Positions 10,175-20,661 of a stretch of DNA of 42,136 nt are shown in pieces (positions within the stretch are counted from its first letter, which is position 1; every line of letters starts with the position of its first letter). Made by a program: the position numbers and the translations under genes. A model generated the notes under the pieces. It was not told the DNA's origin, did not search any database, and was given only the letters and a program-made list of their open reading frames with translations. Source of the stretch: an uncultured Chloroflexota bacterium (lineage in GTDB: Bacteria; Chloroflexota; Dehalococcoidia; Lucifugimonadales; GCA-002694895); assembly GCA_950054395.1 (NCBI GenBank), contig CATLOZ010000002.1:1-42136 (forward strand), read 5' to 3'.

Positions 10175-10615
10175 TTAAAACAAATTATTATATATAGCAT
10201 TCCAACTAAGCAAGACACATTTAATACGAATTTGATTAGATTTTACGCTATGTATTGGGTTTGTAATTTGTAGTTTATGATTTTGGAATTTTTGATTTGA
10301 ATTATTTTTTGTATTGAAAAAAGAAATAAATTCGTCACAAACTTTTTGAATTGTATTAATGTTTTCATTTAGAATAACTTCAGCTAGTAATGAAGAACTG
10401 GCTTTGTGTATGGCGCATCCTTCCAATTCTAAATAAATATTAGTGATATTATTATGACTTAAATTAAAATGAAATTTTACTTCATCTCCGCAAAATGGAT
10501 TTAAACCGGAAATGAATTTATCAACTTTTGATAATTCAGATGAAAAACCAGGATTTATCGATCTCTTAAGGATTTCTTCTTTGTAGACGAAATCTAAATT
10601 GTTTTTTTCAGACAT
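10175..10615 (-). CDS. Divergent second SufU/NifU-like Fe-S scaffold paralog
   Basis: It keeps all three ligand contexts: NPFCGDEV, EGCAIHKASSS and RIKCVLLS. It lacks the HNRRPRN-type N-terminal motif. It overlaps the sufS stop by 8 nt. Confidence 0.6.
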   Translation of the reverse strand: MSEKNNLDFVYKEEILKRSINPGFSSELSKVDKFISGLNPFCGDEVKFHFNLSHNNITNIYLELEGCAIHKASSSLLAEVILNENINTIQKVCDEFISFFNTKNNSNQKFQNHKLQITNPIHSVKSNQIRIKCVLLSWNAIYNNLF

Positions 10616-11843
10616 TATTAAAATATTTTATTGAATTATTAATTTCTGCAGTGAATTTGTCTACTTCATGATTTGTATTGTATAAATAAAAACTTGCTCT
10701 TGCAGAAGAATGATGACCTAATTTTTTTATTAAAGGCATAGCACAATGATGCCCAGTTCTTATTGCTATTCCTTTGGAGTCTAAAAAAGTACCCAAATCA
10801 TGTGGATGGATATTAGGGATATTAAAAGATATTAAACCCGCTCTGATATCTGTATTTTCTGGCCCAAGAATTTCTATACCATCAACATTCATTAAATTGT
10901 TATATGCATATTTGGTTATTTCAATTTCATGATCTCTGATGTTTTGCATTCCAATTTTCATAAGATAATTCGTTGCGGCACCTAATCCTATAGCTCCAGC
11001 AATATTAGGTGTACCTGCTTCAAATTTAAATGGAATTTCATTCCAGGTAGCTTTATCATAAGTTACTTCTAAAATCATATCTCCACCTTTTTGATAAGGT
11101 GGCATAGACTCTAATAACTCTTTTTTTCCGTATAAAACACCTATACCAGTTGGTGCTAACATTTTATGCCCAGAGAAAGTCAGGAAATCACAATCCAAGT
11201 CTGAAACATCTATAGGCATATGTGGCACACTTTGTGCAGCATCAATAACGGTTGTTGCACCAACAGATTTTGCTATTTTAATTATTTTTTTAATATTATT
11301 AATTGTACCTATTCCATTTGATACATGGGTCATTGAAATTAGCTTAGTGTTTTTTGTAATAATATTATTTATATTTGCTAAATTTAATGTCCCATCGGTA
11401 TTTATTGGGATATATCGTAATTTAGATTTTGTTTTTTTTATTAGTTCCTGCCAAGGAACGATATTACTATGATGTTCTAATTCAGTAATTACTATGGAAT
11501 CTGATTCCTTGAGATTACTTTGTCCCCAGGAGTCTGCTATCAAATTTAGAGATTCTGTGGTACCTCTGGTAAAAATAATTGAGTTATTGTTAGGAGCATT
11601 AATGAATTCAGCAATTTTTTCTTTTGCTTCGTCATAAAGGTAAGTTGCTTCCATACTCAAGGTATGTACTCCTCTATGAATATTGGCATTATTATTAGAA
11701 TAGAAATTAGATAAAGCATCAATGACAACTTTTGGTTTTTGGCTAGTTGCTGCGTTATCGAAATAAATTAATTTATTTTCATTAATCCTTCTTTTTAATA
11801 TCGGGAAATCTTTTATTATTGTTTTAAAATCAACCATTTGCAT
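10608..11843 (-). CDS. sufS: Cysteine desulfurase, SufS type
   Basis: Matches are NAATSQKP, the PLP Lys in FSGHKMLAPTGIGVLYG, and the catalytic Cys loop RTGHHCAMPL. Confidence 0.95.
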   Translation of the reverse strand: MQMVDFKTIIKDFPILKRRINENKLIYFDNAATSQKPKVVIDALSNFYSNNNANIHRGVHTLSMEATYLYDEAKEKIAEFINAPNNNSIIFTRGTTESLNLIADSWGQSNLKESDSIVITELEHHSNIVPWQELIKKTKSKLRYIPINTDGTLNLANINNIITKNTKLISMTHVSNGIGTINNIKKIIKIAKSVGATTVIDAAQSVPHMPIDVSDLDCDFLTFSGHKMLAPTGIGVLYGKKELLESMPPYQKGGDMILEVTYDKATWNEIPFKFEAGTPNIAGAIGLGAATNYLMKIGMQNIRDHEIEITKYAYNNLMNVDGIEILGPENTDIRAGLISFNIPNIHPHDLGTFLDSKGIAIRTGHHCAMPLIKKLGHHSSARASFYLYNTNHEVDKFTAEINNSIKYFNNV

Positions 11844-11892
11844 TTATGAAATAAATTATATAAATATTCTAACAGAATTAAGTATAAAAATT

Positions 11893-12345
11893 TTATTCTG
11901 TTGTAATTGTGTTTTGATCATTTCTTATAGCAGATTCTATTGTATAGCAAGATAAAATAGCACATTTTATCCTTGCTGGATAAACTGAAACACCAGACAG
12001 CAGGGTTAAATCTCCTAAATCTTCAATATTTTCATTTGAATCTAATTTATTTGTAAGCATTTTTTTATAAATAGTTGTTATATGTTGTGCATCGTGTAGG
12101 TTTTTACTTTTTAGTGTTTCTGTAAATAATGAACTGGCACCTTTTGATATAGCACATCCTATTCCTATAAATTGAATTTTATCAATTTTATCATTTGTAA
12201 TTTCCATATAAAATTCAACTTCATCGCCACATAAAGGGTTATAACCTTTTGAATAATTTGTATAATTATTCATTTTTCCAAAATTTCTTGGCCTGCGGTT
12301 ATGATCTAATATTAATTCCTGATATATTTCGTTTAGTTCACTCAT
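11893..12345 (-). CDS. sufU: SufU-type Fe-S cluster assembly scaffold / sulfur acceptor
   Basis: Matches are LDHNRRPRNFG, NPLCGDEV, GCAISKGASS and ARIKCAILS. Confidence 0.85.
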   Translation of the reverse strand: MSELNEIYQELILDHNRRPRNFGKMNNYTNYSKGYNPLCGDEVEFYMEITNDKIDKIQFIGIGCAISKGASSLFTETLKSKNLHDAQHITTIYKKMLTNKLDSNENIEDLGDLTLLSGVSVYPARIKCAILSCYTIESAIRNDQNTITTE

Positions 12346-12348
12346 AAT

Positions 12349-13644
12349 TTAAAAATCAAATTTGTATGAAGGAAGAGTATTGATATAAGTTTTTATTAGG
12401 TAATTATTTAATTCATTTATAGTTACCTTATCAATTATTTCCATTGCAAATCCTGAAATTAACATTTTACTAGCTGTTTCTAAATCTAATCCTCTGCTTC
12501 TCATATAATACACTGTTTGTTCATCAATATTACCTGCTGTAGCGCCATGACCGGCAATAACATCATCAACATAAATGAATAAACTAGGTTTAGTATCAAT
12601 TTCTGCCTTGGGTGAAAGGACTAAATTTTTATCAGTTTGACGAGAATCGGTTTTTATTGCACCTGCTCTAACTAAAACTGTACCTCCAAATATTGCGTGT
12701 GATTCGCCATTTAAGATTCCTTTGTAATTTATCCTGCTGATACAATGTGGTGCAATATGATCAAGGTTAATATAATTATCCAAATGTTGTTTACCTGAAG
12801 TGCAATATAAACCATTTAATTCTACTTCTGAATGCTCATGTGGCATACTTACTTTTAAATCATATCTAGCCATTTGAGCACCTTTAGAAAATGCAAAAGA
12901 TTTAAATTTAGATTTTTCATCTAGGTATACTCTTGTTGTATTTGTGTGTATAGCATTTTCTGATTCTTCCAATAATCTATAATGTTTTAAATTACTTTGT
13001 TTATTGATTTTAATTTCCAAAACATTATTTGATGTATATTTTGAATTTTTATTTCCATAATGGTTTTCTATAAGTTCAAGCTGAGATTTGGAATCAATAT
13101 TAATGAAAACTTTTGGATTGCTTAAAATAAAATTTTCTGAATTGTTAGAGTTGATAAAATTAATTAATAATTTAACATTACCGCCAGTTATATTTATGAA
13201 TATATAATCGGTACATAGAGCTGAATTCAATATTGCCATTTGCTCATTTTTATCACCTAGTAAACTATTAAATTTATTCAGTTCATTTGTTGTTAAAGTG
13301 TTTATTGAGCTACTTTTAATATTAATATATGAATTATTTATATTATTTTTTTTGCTTAATTTGCCATTAATAATATTTATTACTTCAAATTCCTTTGGTG
13401 ATAATTCTTGTGATTTCAGGTTTGAATCTTCTGTTTCAACAACTGGAAGAATATAATTTATTGATGTAAATTTATTTAAATTTGTATATTTCCACTCTTC
13501 ATTACCTTTTCTGTGTGTTGGCAATCCAATTTGTTTTAATTTAGATAAATTGTTTAATCTAAATTCATTAGCTATATCATTGTTAGAATTTAATTTATCT
13601 GTAGTTTTGGATACAAAATCTATAAAATTTGTGTTGGAATTCAT
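12349..13644 (-). CDS. sufD: Fe-S cluster assembly protein SufD
   Basis: The C-terminal beta-helix region reads QTDKNLVLS...IDTKPSLFIYVDDVIAGHGATAGNIDE...YYMRSRGL. Its position between sufC and sufU also fits. Confidence 0.85.
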   Translation of the reverse strand: MNSNTNFIDFVSKTTDKLNSNNDIANEFRLNNLSKLKQIGLPTHRKGNEEWKYTNLNKFTSINYILPVVETEDSNLKSQELSPKEFEVINIINGKLSKKNNINNSYINIKSSSINTLTTNELNKFNSLLGDKNEQMAILNSALCTDYIFINITGGNVKLLINFINSNNSENFILSNPKVFINIDSKSQLELIENHYGNKNSKYTSNNVLEIKINKQSNLKHYRLLEESENAIHTNTTRVYLDEKSKFKSFAFSKGAQMARYDLKVSMPHEHSEVELNGLYCTSGKQHLDNYINLDHIAPHCISRINYKGILNGESHAIFGGTVLVRAGAIKTDSRQTDKNLVLSPKAEIDTKPSLFIYVDDVIAGHGATAGNIDEQTVYYMRSRGLDLETASKMLISGFAMEIIDKVTINELNNYLIKTYINTLPSYKFDF

Positions 13645-13656
13645 ATGAGTGTCACT

Positions 13657-14418
13657 TTATTTTTTTGATAGCCAATCATATCCTTTTTTTTCTAGTTCTA
13701 ATGCTAAACTTTTATCTCCAGATTTAACGATTTTTCCGTCTATCATTACATGAACATAATCTGGTTTAACATAATTTAAAATTCTTTGATAATGTGTTAC
13801 TAGAAGAACGGAATTATTTGGAGAAGAAAAATTTTCTATTCCATTTGATACAATTTTAAGAGCATCAATATCTAATCCTGAGTCTGTTTCATCTAATATT
13901 GCTAATTTTGGATTTATTAAAGTGAGTTGAAGTATTTCGTTTCGTTTCTTTTCTCCTCCTGAGAATCCTTCGTTTACATTTCTTTTAAGAAAATCCTGGC
14001 TGATATCTACTTTTTCTGCACATTCATTTAAAATTGAATCAAAGTCTTTAGTACTTAGAGGATCTTTTCCATTATATTCTCTTTGAGAATCTAAAGAAGA
14101 TTTAAGAAATTGCCACATTCTTACTCCTGGTAATTCAACCGGATACTGAAAAGCAAGAAACAAGCCTAAGCAGGCTCTTATTTCCGGGGCTTTATCTAAT
14201 AAAGTTTGACCTAGAAAATTGATTTCTCCTGAATCTACAATATATTCAGGATTTCCAGCTAAAATATTTGCCAATGTACTTTTTCCTGAACCATTTGGTC
14301 CCATAAGAGTATGTTTTTCGCCCATGTTAATTGTTAAGTTAAAATCTTTTAAAATTTGTGTATTTGCTACAGAAGCATTTAAATTTTTTATTTCTAATAT
14401 TATTTTATTATTTGTCAT
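13657..14418 (-). CDS. sufC: Fe-S cluster assembly ATPase SufC
   Basis: It carries Walker A (GPNGSGKST), the ABC signature (FSGGEKKR) and Walker B ([10 protein letters not shown]). Confidence 0.95.
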   Translation of the reverse strand: MTNNKIILEIKNLNASVANTQILKDFNLTINMGEKHTLMGPNGSGKSTLANILAGNPEYIVDSGEINFLGQTLLDKAPEIRACLGLFLAFQYPVELPGVRMWQFLKSSLDSQREYNGKDPLSTKDFDSILNECAEKVDISQDFLKRNVNEGFSGGEKKRNEILQLTLINPKLAILDETDSGLDIDALKIVSNGIENFSSPNNSVLLVTHYQRILNYVKPDYVHVMIDGKIVKSGDKSLALELEKKGYDWLSKK

Positions 14419-15872
14419 CCTACTGCCCCTTCTAAACTAACTCGTAAAAGTTGAGATGCTTCAATAGCAAATTCAAATGGTAATTCTTTGAAAATTCCTT
14501 TACAAAATCCATTAACAATCATGTAATTAGCATCCTCTAAAGATATGCCTCTTTGCTGAGTGTAAAAAAGTTGATTATCGCTTACTTTGGAAGTTGTTGC
14601 TTCGTGCTCCAACTGAGCAGTGGGGTTTTTAACTTCTATATATGGGATTGTATGTGCTCCACATTTATCTCCAATAAGTAAAGAATCACATTGTGTGAAA
14701 TTCCGTGCATTTTTTGCAGAAGGGAGTATTTTGACCATGCCCCTGTACGTACTGTTAGCTTTACCAGCTGATATCCCTTTTGCAATTATAGTACTTTTAG
14801 TATTTTTGCCAATATGAATCATCTTTGTACCAGTATCAGCCTGTTGGAAATTATTAACTAAGGCAACAGAATAAAATTCGCCTATAGAATTATCTCCCTG
14901 TAGAATTACTGAAGGATATTTCCATGTGATTGCTGAACCTGTTTCTACTTGTGTCCATGATATTTTTGAATTTTTTCCTGCACATTTGCCTCTTTTAGTT
15001 ACAAAATTGTATACACCTCCTATTCCGTTTTTATCCCCTGGAAACCAATTTTGTAAAGTGGAGTATTTGATTTCTGCATCTTCTAGTGCAATTAATTCTA
15101 CAACAGCTGCATGTAATTGATTAGTTTTTCGAAATGGTGCAGTACATCCTTCTAGATAACTTACATAACTCCCTTTGTCGGCAATTATTAAAGTTCTTTC
15201 AAATTGCCCTGTATCTAGTTCGTTAATTCTAAAATAAGTCATTAATTCTACCGGACATCTTACTCCTGGTGGAACATATATGAACGATCCGTCAGTAAAA
15301 ACCGCTGAATTTAATGTTGCGTAAAAATTATCACTATAAGGAACAACAGATCCAAGATATTTTTGTACTAGTTCCGGGTATTTTTGTACTGCTTCACTTA
15401 TAGGGCAAAAGATTACACCGGCATCTTCTAGTTGTTTTTGATAAGTAGTAGCTACTGATACACTATCCATAATGGCATCTACAGCTACTCCTGATAATTT
15501 TTTTTGTTCTTCTAACGGAATTCCTAACTTACTAAACGCTTTAAGCATTTCAGGATCAACTTCATCTAGGCTTTTTGGGTTTGGTTTATTCGTAGGTGAT
15601 GAATAATACCTAATATCCTGAAAATCTATTTTTGGAAATTTTATATTTGCCCATTCCGGTTCGTTATCTTCATTTTTAAACCAAAGATTTAAAGATTTTA
15701 ATCTCCAATCTAATAACCATTTAGGTTCATTTTTCTTTTTAGATATCAATTTTACTATATCTTCTGACAAACCTTTTGGGGCATTATCAGGATTGAAATT
15801 AAAATCAAAACCCCATTTATAATTGTTGTCTTCAAGTTTCGTATTACGTGAAATTACATTTTTGTTATTCAT
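14415..15872 (-). CDS. sufB: Fe-S cluster assembly protein SufB
   Basis: Matches are [33 protein letters not shown] and QQRGIS. It overlaps sufC by 4 nt. Confidence 0.95.
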   Translation of the reverse strand: MNNKNVISRNTKLEDNNYKWGFDFNFNPDNAPKGLSEDIVKLISKKKNEPKWLLDWRLKSLNLWFKNEDNEPEWANIKFPKIDFQDIRYYSSPTNKPNPKSLDEVDPEMLKAFSKLGIPLEEQKKLSGVAVDAIMDSVSVATTYQKQLEDAGVIFCPISEAVQKYPELVQKYLGSVVPYSDNFYATLNSAVFTDGSFIYVPPGVRCPVELMTYFRINELDTGQFERTLIIADKGSYVSYLEGCTAPFRKTNQLHAAVVELIALEDAEIKYSTLQNWFPGDKNGIGGVYNFVTKRGKCAGKNSKISWTQVETGSAITWKYPSVILQGDNSIGEFYSVALVNNFQQADTGTKMIHIGKNTKSTIIAKGISAGKANSTYRGMVKILPSAKNARNFTQCDSLLIGDKCGAHTIPYIEVKNPTAQLEHEATTSKVSDNQLFYTQQRGISLEDANYMIVNGFCKGIFKELPFEFAIEASQLLRVSLEGAVG

Positions 15873-15903
15873 TGAAATCCCTTAAAAATAAAACGTTAAA
15901 TGT

Positions 15904-15909
15904 ATTATA
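15904..15909 (-). promoter_or_regulatory. Candidate -10 box (TATAAT) of the suf operon promoter
   Basis: A perfect TATAAT on the minus strand lies about 32 nt upstream of the sufB ATG. An AGGGA Shine-Dalgarno sequence lies between them. There is no good -35; that position falls inside the inverted repeat. Confidence 0.35.
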
Positions 15910-15915
15910 TTACAA

Positions 15916-15947
15916 ATCAACTGTTTATTATTTAATAAACAGTTGAT
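15916..15947. promoter_or_regulatory. Perfect 15-bp inverted repeat with a 2-nt spacer. It is either a terminator hairpin of the upstream gene or an operator of the suf promoter.
   Basis: atcaactgtttatta-tt-taataaacagttgat has no mismatches. It spans the stop codon of the nucleoside hydrolase gene and ends 43 nt upstream of the sufB ATG. Confidence 0.6.
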
Positions 15948-16866
15948 CAATCAGATTCCATATTTTAGTTCTGTTTATTTTATGAGCAATCTGTATATTG
16001 GTATTATTATTGTTATTTAGGGGAATTGTTTGCCCTGTCTTATCTCCTTCTACAATTACTTTTACAGAGCAATTTTTATAGCTAAATAATTTTTTTTCAA
16101 TTAAGCAAATTGTGGCTATAGGATCACAAAGTGCCATGGCATTTTTATTTGTGTGGTATTTAAAAAAACTATCTATTATATTTTTACTAAATTGTGATGA
16201 CTTTGTATCTGATTTTAAAAATGAGTATTCATTATTATAAAATTTGATTTTATCAATTATTAAGTCATTGCAAACGTCAAGTCCGACTACCCTTATATTT
16301 AATTTTGAATTAAATACTATAGAAGCAGATTCAGCATCCGCATAAATATTGAATTCAGCATATTTAGTGGCATTTCCCTTTGTAAAAAATGCACCTCCCA
16401 TTACTATCACTTCATCTATAATTGAACTTATTTTGGGAAAAGAAATTATGGCTTTTGCTAAATTTGTCAGCGGGCCTAACATTAGTAGTTTTATTTTTGC
16501 ATTTTTTTGCGAATTGTAGATTTCATGAATATATTCATAAGTTTCGAGATTGTGGGTGCCTAAATTTGAATTAATCAACTTTAATGTCAGACCTTCTTTA
16601 CCGTGATAATGTTCTGCGTCTGTGAATTTTTCACCTAGTAAAGTACTATCAGATCCTTTGAGTAAATGTTTGTAAGAAATCTTAAGATTTGAAAGTATAT
16701 TTATCAGATTTTTATGAGTGTTTCTTAATGATGTGTTTCCACCAATACTGGAAAAAATGATATTATCATCAGTGCTTTTGAGTATATTACTCAACATAGC
16801 AAGAGACAAAGCGTCATCTACACCTGGGTCTGTATCGATAATTAGAAATTTATTAGTGTTATTCAT
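15928..16866 (-). CDS. Inosine/uridine-preferring nucleoside hydrolase family protein
   Basis: It carries the N-terminal signature IIDTDPGVDDALSLAM. The MLGPLTNLA and EFNIYADAESA segments fit the IUNH fold. Confidence 0.85.
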   Translation of the reverse strand: MNNTNKFLIIDTDPGVDDALSLAMLSNILKSTDDNIIFSSIGGNTSLRNTHKNLINILSNLKISYKHLLKGSDSTLLGEKFTDAEHYHGKEGLTLKLINSNLGTHNLETYEYIHEIYNSQKNAKIKLLMLGPLTNLAKAIISFPKISSIIDEVIVMGGAFFTKGNATKYAEFNIYADAESASIVFNSKLNIRVVGLDVCNDLIIDKIKFYNNEYSFLKSDTKSSQFSKNIIDSFFKYHTNKNAMALCDPIATICLIEKKLFSYKNCSVKVIVEGDKTGQTIPLNNNNNTNIQIAHKINRTKIWNLIDQLFIK

Positions 16867-17873
16867 TTAGTTCTTTCTATTACATATTTAAATAATTCTA
16901 TAATATTTGCTTTACTATCTTTAGTTAACTGAGATTTGGTGATTAATTTTATAGCTTGATCTAAATATGAATTACATTCTTTCTGAATGTCAGATTTTAT
17001 TTTATATTTTTCTAATATTTTTATTATTAAAAGGTAGGATTCATTATTTAAATTAGATAATAAATTATTAAATAATATTTTATCTTTTTCCTCGAATTTT
17101 TTCATGGAAAGTAATATGGGATATGTTTTTTTATTATTTTTAAAATCAGAATAATTAGATTTTCCAGTTTTTATGGGATTTCCCCATATGCCAAGTAAAT
17201 CATCAGATATTTGGAACAGAATACCAAATATCATTCCCAGTTTTTGTAACTGTTTTATACTTTGCTCATTCTGCCCTGATAATATACCTGGAAGTTGAAA
17301 CGCTAAAGTCATCAGAGCCCCTGTTTTTTTAATGATCATATTTTTATAATCATGCATACTTATGATTTGTTGGTTCTCAAAATTAATATCAAGATATTGC
17401 CCTTCAATCATAGAGATACACATATTAGAAAATTGTTTAATAATTTCAATTCTAGACTTGTTTGTGAGTTTATTAATGGTATCAATGTTTGTTATGGTGT
17501 CAGAAATATTTTTTATAACATTCCCTAATATAATAGATTTGTATTCTCCTAATTTTTTCCATAAAGTAGGAGCTCCTCTCCTAATTTCATCTTTATCCTG
17601 AATATCATCATGTATAAGTGAAAATTCATGGATTAATTCTATTGAACAAGCTAAATCTAAAAATTCAGAAGGATTTAAATTAAGCCCTTCAATTATTTCT
17701 AGAAAAATAGATGATCTTACTCTTTTTGGAATATTTGAATTTTGTGGTGGAATTATATACGGAAAAATAAATTTTGAAAATTGGTCGTTTTTTTCATTCA
17801 AAATGATGAATTTTAATTCATCGTTTATAAATGACTTGTATTTATTAAGAATTATTGGATCTTTCAAATTCAA
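16863..17873 (-). CDS. Polyprenyl (geranylgeranyl/farnesyl) diphosphate synthase
   Basis: The first Asp-rich motif is LIHDDIQDKDEIRRG, followed by KTGAL. The second motif is QISDDLLG. Confidence 0.85.
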   Translation of the reverse strand: MNLKDPIILNKYKSFINDELKFIILNEKNDQFSKFIFPYIIPPQNSNIPKRVRSSIFLEIIEGLNLNPSEFLDLACSIELIHEFSLIHDDIQDKDEIRRGAPTLWKKLGEYKSIILGNVIKNISDTITNIDTINKLTNKSRIEIIKQFSNMCISMIEGQYLDINFENQQIISMHDYKNMIIKKTGALMTLAFQLPGILSGQNEQSIKQLQKLGMIFGILFQISDDLLGIWGNPIKTGKSNYSDFKNNKKTYPILLSMKKFEEKDKILFNNLLSNLNNESYLLIIKILEKYKIKSDIQKECNSYLDQAIKLITKSQLTKDSKANIIELFKYVIERTK

Positions 17874-18024
17874 ATTATATCTTTAAGTTGTTTGTTTTCT
17901 AGAGTCTAGCAAAAGCAAGAGTTTTTTTCATTTCAATTGTGATTATTGCTATTAATTTATATCATAATATGATAACTTCTAAAATGTAATTTAGCCTTTA
18001 TAAATTATCTTTGTATTTAGGTAA

Positions 18025-18426
18025 ATGGAAGAATATAGTATTTATTTTGAAAGATATGGATATTTTAGTTTATTCTTTGTTGTAGCATTATTAGTTCCAG
18101 CCGGGATGCTTTTTGCTTCTTTCTTATTTAAAATTATTGGTATAAGGAAAGATAATCCCACTCCTGTGAAAACCGATATATATGAAGCTGGTATTCGAAC
18201 TTTTTCTTCCCAGTGGAGTGGATTTAATTTTAGATATTATACTTTTGCAATGATGTTTTTAATATTTGATGTAGAAGTTATATTTCTCTTCCCTTGGGCA
18301 GCATCTTTTATAAAATTAAATGATGCATACGGATTAATAGTTTTAATTGAGATGTTTATTTTCATCGGCGTCTTAATTCTTGGATGGTTTTTAGCATGGA
18401 AACAGAAAGCGATGGAATGGATATAA
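18025..18426 (+). CDS. nuoA: NADH-quinone oxidoreductase subunit A
   Basis: It has three TM segments, plus YEAGI and [15 protein letters not shown]. Confidence 0.9.
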   Translation: MEEYSIYFERYGYFSLFFVVALLVPAGMLFASFLFKIIGIRKDNPTPVKTDIYEAGIRTFSSQWSGFNFRYYTFAMMFLIFDVEVIFLFPWAASFIKLNDAYGLIVLIEMFIFIGVLILGWFLAWKQKAMEWI

Positions 18427-18436
18427 GGAGTTAAGA

Positions 18437-19081
18437 TTGAAAGCAAACGATAATCAAGATTTAAATTTATTAAATTATAATATTGCTAAACCTTTACATG
18501 AACAAACATCTTTAATTGATTCTGTAGAAGGTCAAGAAGTTAATAAATTACTTAAAACTAATACTAAACCATTACCTGACCCTATTATTGAAGTTCCGGA
18601 TGATTTAGATAGGAATTTAATGATCACGTCTGTAGATTCTCTTATAAACTGGGGAAGAAAATCATCTGTTTGGCCCTTAACTTTTGGTCTTGCTTGCTGT
18701 GCGTTTGAGATGATGGCAAGTGCTATGTCGAGGTTTGACTTAAGTAGATTTGGAATGGAAGTATTCAGAGCCTCTCCAAGGCAGGCAGATTTGATTATAA
18801 TTGCGGGTACTGTAACTTGGAAAATGGCTCCGGTTATAGAAAGAGTATACAATCAGATGCCAGATCCAAAATGGGTAATATCCATGGGTGTTTGCGCAAC
18901 GAGCGGAGGTCCTTATTATCAAAGTTATAGTGTTGTTCCTGGAGTTAATCATATAATACCTGTTGATGTTTATGTTCCGGGTTGTCCTCCAAGGCCTGAT
19001 GCTTTGTTATTCGGAATAATGATGTTACACGAAAAGATAAAAAGATATAAAAATTTAGATTTAAAGCAATTATTTGAATAG
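18437..19081 (+). CDS. nuoB: NADH-quinone oxidoreductase subunit B
   Basis: The N2 cluster ligand contexts are [20 protein letters not shown] and VPGCPPRP. It uses a TTG start with AAGGAG 6 nt upstream. Confidence 0.95.
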   Translation: MKANDNQDLNLLNYNIAKPLHEQTSLIDSVEGQEVNKLLKTNTKPLPDPIIEVPDDLDRNLMITSVDSLINWGRKSSVWPLTFGLACCAFEMMASAMSRFDLSRFGMEVFRASPRQADLIIIAGTVTWKMAPVIERVYNQMPDPKWVISMGVCATSGGPYYQSYSVVPGVNHIIPVDVYVPGCPPRPDALLFGIMMLHEKIKRYKNLDLKQLFE

Positions 19082-19523
19082 TATGACAAAATCGCTTAAC
19101 TTAAATACAGTTGTGCAAAATTTACCTGATACTTTAAAGCAAGAAGTTAATACAGAAAATGGCAGTTTGTATGTAAATAGTAAATATATATTTGAAATTT
19201 GCAGAGAATTAAAAAATAATAATAAATTTCAATTTAATTATTTAAAGTCAATAAGCGCCGTAGATTATGTTGAATTTTTTGAAGTTGTTTATCATTTGGA
19301 TTCTTTAATTACCAATACTAGCTTAGTTTTGAAATCAAAATTGTATGGCAGGGATGGGAATTCAATTAATTCAGTAATATCAGTATGGAAAGGTGCTGAT
19401 TTACAAGAAAGAGAGATATGGGATTTGATGGGTATTTTTTTCGAAGGGCATCCTAATATGAAAAGGATATTATTATGGGAAGGATTTAAAGGACATCCTT
19501 TAAGAAAAGATTTTTTAAAGTAG
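19074..19523 (+). CDS. nuoC: NADH-quinone oxidoreductase subunit C (30-kDa subunit, short form)
   Basis: It carries [31 protein letters not shown]. It overlaps nuoB by 8 nt. Confidence 0.85.
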   Translation: MNSMTKSLNLNTVVQNLPDTLKQEVNTENGSLYVNSKYIFEICRELKNNNKFQFNYLKSISAVDYVEFFEVVYHLDSLITNTSLVLKSKLYGRDGNSINSVISVWKGADLQEREIWDLMGIFFEGHPNMKRILLWEGFKGHPLRKDFLK

Positions 19524-19532
19524 AGGAGTGAT

Positions 19533-20639
19533 TTGTCATTAAACAGTGAATTAGTAACAATAAATTTTGGCCCACAACATCCTAGTATGCATGGAGTATT
19601 TAGATTAAGGGTTACTTTGGATGGAGAAACAATTGTAGACCTTGAACCAGTTTTTGGCTACCTTCATCGAGGAACAGAAAAACTTGCAGAAGAAAGAACT
19701 TATGTTCAAATTGTAACTTTAACTGATCGATTAGATTATGTTGCCTCAATGTCTAATAATTTAGCTTATGTTTCTGCTGTTGAAAAGTTATGTAATATAG
19801 AGGTACCGAAAAGAGCTAGTTATATTAGAGTAATAGTTGCTGAATTACAAAGGATAGCAAGTCATCTTATGGCTACGGGATTTTTATTAAATGATCTGGG
19901 TGCTTTTGGTACTCCGCTTATGTATTGTTTTAGAGAAAGAGAAAAAATCCTTGATTTGTTTGAGATCTTATGTGGTGCTAGGATAACTTTAAGTTATATG
20001 AGACCTGGAGGTATTTTTCAGGATACCCCTCAGGAATTTTGGGATGATTTGGAATTGTTTTTAGAATCTATGCCTAATCAAATAGATGAATTGGAAAGTT
20101 TAATTACAGGTAATGAGATTGTTCTTTCAAGGACGAGAGATGTAGGGATTTTAACACCCGAACAAGTAATTGATGCTTCGTTGTCAGGCCCAATGCTTAG
20201 AGCTTCTAGTGTAAAATGGGATTTACGTAAAGCAAACCCTTATGAAATATATGATGAAATAGATTTTGATGTTCCAATTGGTGCTACAGGAGATACTTTT
20301 GATAGGTATTTAATTAGAATAAAAGAGATGAGAGAAAGTCTTAAAATAATTACACAATGTATTAATTTAATTAAACCTGGCCCTGTGAGAAATGAAGACG
20401 TACCTCTTATTATCAGAGCACCTGAAGGAGAAGCTTATGTCGGAATTGAAGGACCAAAAGGAGAATTAGGATTTTATTTAGTGAGTGATGGTGGGATATC
20501 TCCATATAGGTGTAAAATCAGAGCCCCTTCATTTATAAATTTGACTCTTCTTAAAGAAATGACTGCAGGGGGTAAAATTGGAGATCTTATTGTCAATTTT
20601 GGCAGTATAGATATTGTTTTAGGAGAGGTAGATAGATAG
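19533..20639 (+). CDS. nuoD: NADH-quinone oxidoreductase subunit D (49-kDa subunit)
   Basis: Matches are NFGPQHPSMHGVFRL, GYLHRGTEKLAE and a C-terminal SIDIVLGEVDR. It uses a TTG start after GAGGAG. Confidence 0.95.
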   Translation: MSLNSELVTINFGPQHPSMHGVFRLRVTLDGETIVDLEPVFGYLHRGTEKLAEERTYVQIVTLTDRLDYVASMSNNLAYVSAVEKLCNIEVPKRASYIRVIVAELQRIASHLMATGFLLNDLGAFGTPLMYCFREREKILDLFEILCGARITLSYMRPGGIFQDTPQEFWDDLELFLESMPNQIDELESLITGNEIVLSRTRDVGILTPEQVIDASLSGPMLRASSVKWDLRKANPYEIYDEIDFDVPIGATGDTFDRYLIRIKEMRESLKIITQCINLIKPGPVRNEDVPLIIRAPEGEAYVGIEGPKGELGFYLVSDGGISPYRCKIRAPSFINLTLLKEMTAGGKIGDLIVNFGSIDIVLGEVDR

Positions 20640-20661
20640 TTTATGAGAAAAGTAGGTTAGT

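Noticed and set aside
9349-10218. Long form of tatD starting at 10218 (MSCLVGMLYIIICFKIN...)
   Set aside because: The extra 17 residues are not TatD-like and would overlap the upstream sufU-like gene by 44 nt. The internal Met at 10167 precedes the conserved IDSHTH motif at the usual distance.
17960-17974. Palindrome tatcat-aat-atgata in the divergent promoter region upstream of nuoA
   Set aside because: The arms are only 6 bp and entirely AT-rich, so chance occurrence in this composition is plausible. Without comparative data it is not distinguishable from background.
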